Below are positions 59,726 through 64,000 of a stretch of 64,000 nt of DNA, one piece after another. Below the pieces are notes generated by a model. The model was not told the origin of the DNA, did not search any database, and was given only the letters and a program-made list of their open reading frames with translations. Location of the stretch: positions 16,104-80,103 of the forward strand of contig CAWFWE010000009.1 in assembly GCA_963819475.1 (NCBI GenBank), written 5' to 3'. The translations under genes were made by a program, and so were the position numbers. Position 1 is the stretch's first letter. Each line of letters starts with the position of its first letter. This stretch comes from an uncultured Actinomycetes bacterium. Its GTDB lineage: Bacteria > Actinomycetota > Acidimicrobiia > IMCC26256 > DASPTH01.

Positions 59726-60373
59726 ATGGCGAGGTGCCGGACGGCGCGCGCGCTGATCACGGTGGGCGTGCTTGCGATCACGGCCGCGGTCGTCGCTCCC
59801 GCCGCGGGCGCGAAGGCGGCACCCGCACCCGACGGCTACACGACGACGGCGGTCAAGGCGGCCGGCGTCACCTTCGCCATCCCCGAAACGTGGTTGGCGA
59901 TCGACCCGAAGTCGCAGTCGTCGGCCGCGGCATTGCAGGCTGCCGCAGACAAGAACCCGCAGCTCACCGGGTTGGTCAGCCAGTTCCAGACGATCCGCAA
60001 CAGCATCAAGTACTGGGCGATCGACGCCGGCGCGGCCTCGTTCGCGACCAACCTCTTGGTTCTGCCGACTCCCTTCGACCGGGCGGCATTGCAGCAGCCG
60101 ACGGCGGTGAAGCGAAACCTGCAGTCGAGCCTCGGCACCAACGTCGACTCGTTGACGGTGAAGAAGGTGAAGGTCGACAAGACGCCCGCGCTCGAGGCGG
60201 GCGCCACCATCCGGATCACGGGTGCCGACGGCTCACCGATCACCGCCTACGCGACCATCCTCTTCGTGAACACGAAGAAGGGCGTGATCGATCTCGATTA
60301 CACGGGGTCGGCGCCACCACCCGCGTCGGACGAGACGCTCGCCACCATCGTGAAGAGCATCGACATCACCTGA
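59726..60373 (+). CDS. secreted protein of unknown function
   Basis: ATG 59726 lies 6 nt after GGAGGGGG (the ORF track starts at TTG 59720). The signal peptide is ARCRTARALITVGVLAITAAVVAPAAGAKA. Confidence 0.65.
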   Translation: MARCRTARALITVGVLAITAAVVAPAAGAKAAPAPDGYTTTAVKAAGVTFAIPETWLAIDPKSQSSAAALQAAADKNPQLTGLVSQFQTIRNSIKYWAIDAGAASFATNLLVLPTPFDRAALQQPTAVKRNLQSSLGTNVDSLTVKKVKVDKTPALEAGATIRITGADGSPITAYATILFVNTKKGVIDLDYTGSAPPPASDETLATIVKSIDIT

Positions 60374-60379
60374 CCCGAC

Positions 60380-60868
60380 TCAGAGATCGGCCATCACCCC
60401 GGTGCGTTGCTCGACCTGCAGCACCGCGAGCGTGCGCCCGAGCCCGAGCCAGATGGACAGGCACAGCGTGAGGTCGAGGATCTCGTCGTCGGCGAAGTGC
60501 GTGTGGAGGCGCTCGAAGAAGGCGTCGTCGAGGCCCTGGTGGTCGACGGTGAACCGCTCGGCGTACTCGATGGCCAACCGCTGGCGCTCGGTGTAGCCGG
60601 GCCACGTGCGCCACTCGTCGAGGTGGCCGTAGTCGTCCTCGGTGACGCCCGCGTCGAGCATCGACTGGGCCCGGGCGGTGGAGCACGCCGAGCAGTCGTT
60701 GAGCTGCGCGACCCGGAGCCGCGCCACCTCGCGCTCGGTCGCCGGCAGGATGCTGCGGTGGTACACCGCGTCGATCATGTCGGTGACCGTGCCGGCCATC
60801 TCGGGGCGGAGGGCGAACACCCGCCGCCCGGCGGCACCCGGACCGTCGGGGATCTCGATGCGTGCCAT
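60380..60868 (-). CDS. carboxymuconolactone decarboxylase (AhpD-like) family protein
   Basis: ATG 60868 inside ORF 60380..60994. It has the CSAC motif (VAQLNDCSACSTA) and a helical AhpD-like body. Confidence 0.75.
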   Translation of the reverse strand: MARIEIPDGPGAAGRRVFALRPEMAGTVTDMIDAVYHRSILPATEREVARLRVAQLNDCSACSTARAQSMLDAGVTEDDYGHLDEWRTWPGYTERQRLAIEYAERFTVDHQGLDDAFFERLHTHFADDEILDLTLCLSIWLGLGRTLAVLQVEQRTGVMADL

Positions 60869-60903
60869 GCGCGGGAGTGTACGGCGTTGGGCACTGACGG
60901 CGG

Positions 60904-61539
60904 TCAGCCGCCGGTACCTCGCTCGGTGCCGTACCGGGCGAGGACGACGTCGGCGGTGTCCGCCGCCGCCTCCGGTCCGAGGGGCTGGCCCCACACGACC
61001 GCGCGCATGAACAACGGGCCGACGAGGAGGTCGTACACGAACGCGAAGTCGACGGTGGGGGTGAGCTCGCCGCGGTCGACGCCGCGCTGGAGCACCTGGA
61101 ACACCGAGGCGCGGCGGGGCATCAGGTACTCGGTGACGTAGCGCTCGGCGAGCTCCTCGTCGGTCGCCAGATCGGCGAGGAGCCCGGCCGTCACCCGGCG
61201 GCTCTCGGGCGAGTTCATCAGGAAGACCTGGTGACGCTGGACCGCAATGAGGTCGTCGCGCAGCGAGCCGGTGTTCGGGGCGGGGAGTGCCAGCCGGCTG
61301 GAGTCCATGAGCGCGGCGACGACGAGCGCCGGCTTCGACGGCCAGCGCCGGTAGATCGTCGGGCGCCCGACGCCGGCCTCGGAGGCGACCCCCTCGATGG
61401 TGAGCCCCCGGTAGCCGCGCCGGCGGAGGAGGGCGACCGTCGCGCTCAGGATCGCCTGGTCGCGGCTCGCGTCTCGGGGTCGACCGGGCGCGCGATGCGG
61501 GGTGAGTGGTTCGCCGGCGACGGGGTTCTCGGTGGCCAT
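60904..61539 (-). CDS. TetR-family transcriptional regulator
   Basis: ATG 61539 follows AGGAG, inside ORF 60904..62262. The HTH is RDQAILSATVALLRRRGYRGLTIEGVASEAGVGRPTIYRRWPSK. Confidence 0.88.
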   Translation of the reverse strand: MATENPVAGEPLTPHRAPGRPRDASRDQAILSATVALLRRRGYRGLTIEGVASEAGVGRPTIYRRWPSKPALVVAALMDSSRLALPAPNTGSLRDDLIAVQRHQVFLMNSPESRRVTAGLLADLATDEELAERYVTEYLMPRRASVFQVLQRGVDRGELTPTVDFAFVYDLLVGPLFMRAVVWGQPLGPEAAADTADVVLARYGTERGTGG

Positions 61540-61560
61540 CGTGCTCCTGCGGATCGGGTG

Positions 61561-61572
61561 GGAATCAATTCC
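61561..61572. promoter_or_regulatory. 12-bp palindrome, candidate TetR operator
   Basis: GGAATCAATTCC is a perfect palindrome 22 nt upstream of TetR start 61539, in an unusually AT-rich 105-bp spacer. GGAATC recurs at 61588-61593. Confidence 0.3.
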
Positions 61573-61644
61573 TAGCACTTGCGTAACGGAATCCGGGAGT
61601 TTAAGGTAGTCGTGTAACGATACATTGCCGCTCGAAATGGTGTC

Positions 61645-62280
61645 GTGATGCGCTCTCCGGTGCGAACAGCCCCTGTCCGGGCCGTAGCGGCCGTCCCGAC
61701 GCCCCCGAACCGGGCGCTCCCCGACGAGGCGCTCTCGGACGAGGCGCTCCTGGCCGGGTTCGCGGCATCGGACCCGGCGGCGACCTCCGCCTTCGTGTCC
61801 CGGTACCAGCGGCGGGTGTACGGGCTCGCCCTGACCATCGTGGGCGATCCCCGGGCGGCGGAGGACGCCGCCCAGGAGGCGATGGTCCGCGCCTGGCGCC
61901 ACGCCGACACCTTCGATGTCCGGCGAGGCCGCGTCGACAGCTGGCTCCTGAGCATCACGCGGAACGTCGCCATCGACGCCATCCGCAAGCGCCGGGCGGT
62001 CGTGGTCGCGCCCGACGAGATGCTGGGCCTCACCCCACCGGCTCCGGGCCGGGACCCGGGCGACGTCGTCGCGTTGCACGACGACCTCGAGTGGCTGCAG
62101 GCCGCGCTCGCCGATCTCCCGGCGGATCAACGCCGCGCCGTCGTGCTCGCAGGGGTGTGGGGTCTCAGCGCGCGCGAGATCTCCGAACAGGACGAGATCC
62201 CCCTCGGTACCGCCAAGACCCGGATCCGCATCGCGCTCCGGCGGCTCCGCGACGCACTGCACGAGCGCGAGCTCGACTGA
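61645..62280 (+). CDS. ECF-type RNA polymerase sigma factor
   Basis: 211 aa (GTG 61645 or ATG 61648). Region 2 is YQRRVYGLALTIVGDPRAAEDAAQEAMVRAW...SWLLSITRNVAIDAIRKR. Region 4 is LPADQRRAVVLAGVWGLSAREISEQDEIPLGTAKTRIR. Confidence 0.88.
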   Translation: MMRSPVRTAPVRAVAAVPTPPNRALPDEALSDEALLAGFAASDPAATSAFVSRYQRRVYGLALTIVGDPRAAEDAAQEAMVRAWRHADTFDVRRGRVDSWLLSITRNVAIDAIRKRRAVVVAPDEMLGLTPPAPGRDPGDVVALHDDLEWLQAALADLPADQRRAVVLAGVWGLSAREISEQDEIPLGTAKTRIRIALRRLRDALHERELD

Positions 62281-62333
62281 ACCGGACTCTCGCGCCGAGA
62301 CGTGGACGTTCGGCCCCGTAAGCTCTCGCCCGC

Positions 62334-63266
62334 ATGGCCGGGCTGCGGGTGGGCATCGTCGGGGCGGGGGGCGTCGGCATCGCCACCGCGAGCGCGCTGA
62401 TCCTGCAGGGCCTCGCGGGTCGGGTGACGCTGTACGACCGCACCGGTGTCCGGTCGCGCGGCGAGGCGCTCGACTACCTGCACGCGTTGCCGCTGTTGCC
62501 GAGCACCGAGATCCGCGGCCGCAGCTACGAGGAGTTCGAGCCCGAGGACGTCATGGTCGTGACCGTCGGTCACCACGTCCAGCCGGGGGAGACCCGACTC
62601 GACGTGTTCGACGCCAACGTCGCCATCGTCGAGCAGACCGCGGCGGCCATCGAGGCCGGGGGGCTGCCCCGGGTCGTGATCGTGGTCACCAACCCGCTCG
62701 ACGTGCTGACCGAGTACCTCGTGCGGCGGTGGGACGGCCGCACGGTGTCGATCCTCGGTTCCGGTACCTCGCTCGACACGCTGCGCTTCGGCGAGAAGCT
62801 CGCCAACGAGTGCGGCGTCCACCCGCGCAGCATCCACGCCTGGGTGATCGGGGAGCACGGGGACTCGTCGGTGTTCCTGTTCAGCAGCGTGACCATCGGC
62901 GCGCTGCCGCTGGAGGAGTTCGCGCGGCAGCGGGGGATCACGCTCAACCGCGAGTGGTTCGCGCGCATCGAGGACGACGTGCGCACCGCGGCCTACCGCG
63001 TGCGGGAGCTCAAAGGATCACCGCGGCACGGCATCGGTCTCGCGGTGAGCGGCCTCGTGCGCTGCATCGGTCGCGAGCACGGCACCATCATCCCGGTGTC
63101 GGTACGCGTCGGCGACGACGTGTGCGCGAGCCTTCCCTGCGTCCTCGGGCCCGACGGGGTGAGCGCGCCGTTGTGGCCGGTGATGGATGAAGCGGAGCTG
63201 CGCGGCTGGGAACGGTCGCTCGACGTGCTGCGCGACGCCGGTCACGCACTCCCGATCAAGGCGTGA
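62334..63266 (+). CDS. ldh: L-lactate dehydrogenase-like (LDH/MDH family)
   Basis: 310 aa with VGIVGAGGVGIA (Rossmann motif), VVTNPLDV and VIGEHGDSSV. Confidence 0.8.
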   Translation: MAGLRVGIVGAGGVGIATASALILQGLAGRVTLYDRTGVRSRGEALDYLHALPLLPSTEIRGRSYEEFEPEDVMVVTVGHHVQPGETRLDVFDANVAIVEQTAAAIEAGGLPRVVIVVTNPLDVLTEYLVRRWDGRTVSILGSGTSLDTLRFGEKLANECGVHPRSIHAWVIGEHGDSSVFLFSSVTIGALPLEEFARQRGITLNREWFARIEDDVRTAAYRVRELKGSPRHGIGLAVSGLVRCIGREHGTIIPVSVRVGDDVCASLPCVLGPDGVSAPLWPVMDEAELRGWERSLDVLRDAGHALPIKA

Positions 63267-63564
63267 TGAGCCGCTGCCGCAACTTGTCGAGCGCGCAGCC
63301 GAGCACCGCGCGCGCCTCGGAGTGGTTGCAGCCGAGCTCCAGCGCGAGGTTCTTCATCGAATGGGGTTCGCCGGTGAGGCCGTAACGCCACGACACCGCG
63401 AAGTACTCGAGCTCGGTGAGGTCCGCGTACGCGTGCGGATCGGCGCGCAGCTCGAGGAGGTCGAGGTCGATGTCGTCGTCGGCGGCCGGCTCGACCACGA
63501 GGGCGTCGGGGTAGGGCCAGCCGTCGTCGTTGGGGTAGAGCGGGAGGCTGGGCACGCTCACCAT
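63256..63564 (-). CDS. small sigma-70 region-4-like HTH protein (hypothetical)
   Basis: Taken from ATG 63564; the ORF track starts at TTG 63591, which would overlap the upstream stop by 4 nt. An acidic N-terminal half is followed by TELEYFAVSWRYGLTGEPHSMKNLALELGCNHSEARAVLGCALDKLR. Confidence 0.5.
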   Translation of the reverse strand: MVSVPSLPLYPNDDGWPYPDALVVEPAADDDIDLDLLELRADPHAYADLTELEYFAVSWRYGLTGEPHSMKNLALELGCNHSEARAVLGCALDKLRQRLITP

Positions 63565-63587
63565 GGTGGACCCGGCCCGCGCACCCG

Positions 63588-64000
63588 TCAACCGGTCGGC
63601 GTCACCGGGGTGATGCGGGCGTGCTCGGCGACCAGCGCCAGCACCGCCTCGCCGTAGCGCTCCGCCTTCACGGGGCCGACGCCGGGGACATCGAGCAACG
63701 CGCGGGTGCTCCCGGGGCGGGCGCTGGCGATCGCCGCCAGCGTCGTGTTGGGGAAGATCACGTACGCGGGCGCGCTGGCGGCGCGGGACTGGCGCAGTCG
63801 CCAGTCGACCAGCGCCGCGTAGAGCGGCTCGTCGGCCGCGGCGACGTCGACCGGAGCCTTGGCCCGCGTGCTGCCGCCGTTGGCCCGGGCCACCTTGTCG
63901 CGGGCGTCGGCGATGCTGCGCCGCGCGTCGCCGGTTGCCGGCGCGGCGCCGCCCGGGGTGATCGCGTCCTCGACGCGGGTGATCCAGCTGCTCCGCGTCC
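63588..64000 (-). CDS. HRDC-domain C-terminus of a larger (helicase-like) protein; 5' part lies outside the window
   Basis: LYAALVDWRLRQSRAASAPAYVIFPNTTLAAIASARPGSTRALLDVPGVGPVKAERYGEAVLAL is an HRDC domain. The frame stays open from 63893 to the window end (my manual translation found no stop), so GTG 63893 is probably not the true start. Confidence 0.6.
   Translation of the reverse strand, partial: TRSSWITRVEDAITPGGAAPATGDARRSIADARDKVARANGGSTRAKAPVDVAAADEPLYAALVDWRLRQSRAASAPAYVIFPNTTLAAIASARPGSTRALLDVPGVGPVKAERYGEAVLALVAEHARITPVTPTG

Overview
This is a 64-kb segment of a very GC-rich chromosome; a few hand-counted 60-nt lines gave about 68-70% G+C. It looks actinobacterial. That is an inference from a mycothiol S-conjugate amidase (mca), F420/LLM-type oxidoreductases and SARP/AfsR-type regulators; I claim no finer taxonomy. 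I can support about 62 protein-coding genes. I found no rRNA, tRNA, CRISPR array, IS element, integrase or transposase. Housekeeping blocks are mca-SCP2, etfB-etfA, purK, gltBD, xthA, an ldh-like gene and an mcr-like CoA-transferase. A signalling block at 17.7-26.9 kb holds a response regulator fused to an HTH and a class III cyclase. It sits in one operon with a MacB-type ABC pump and a GAF/HisKA_3 kinase. Two further receiver proteins and a divergently transcribed cNMP-binding protein flank that operon. An accessory-looking block lies at 38.7-51.6 kb. It holds a cyclase-STAND NTPase whose sensor arm is replaced by a DUF952 domain, and this gene lies between two copies of the 3' end of a thermonuclease gene. 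The same block has a frameshifted SARP-cyclase-STAND-TPR paralog, two P450s, a TetR regulator and an ABCG-type exporter. A sulfotransferase-rich cluster follows at 51.7-57.6 kb. Six genes carry single frame disruptions. Five of them are repaired by removing one nucleotide inside a GC-rich GCGC-type tract, so systematic sequencing error must be excluded before calling them pseudogenes. A 63-bp tandem repeat fills the etfB-etfA spacer. Many long ORFs in the six-frame track (1006, 1222, 1103, 976 and 789 aa) are antisense or out-of-frame artefacts of GC composition.
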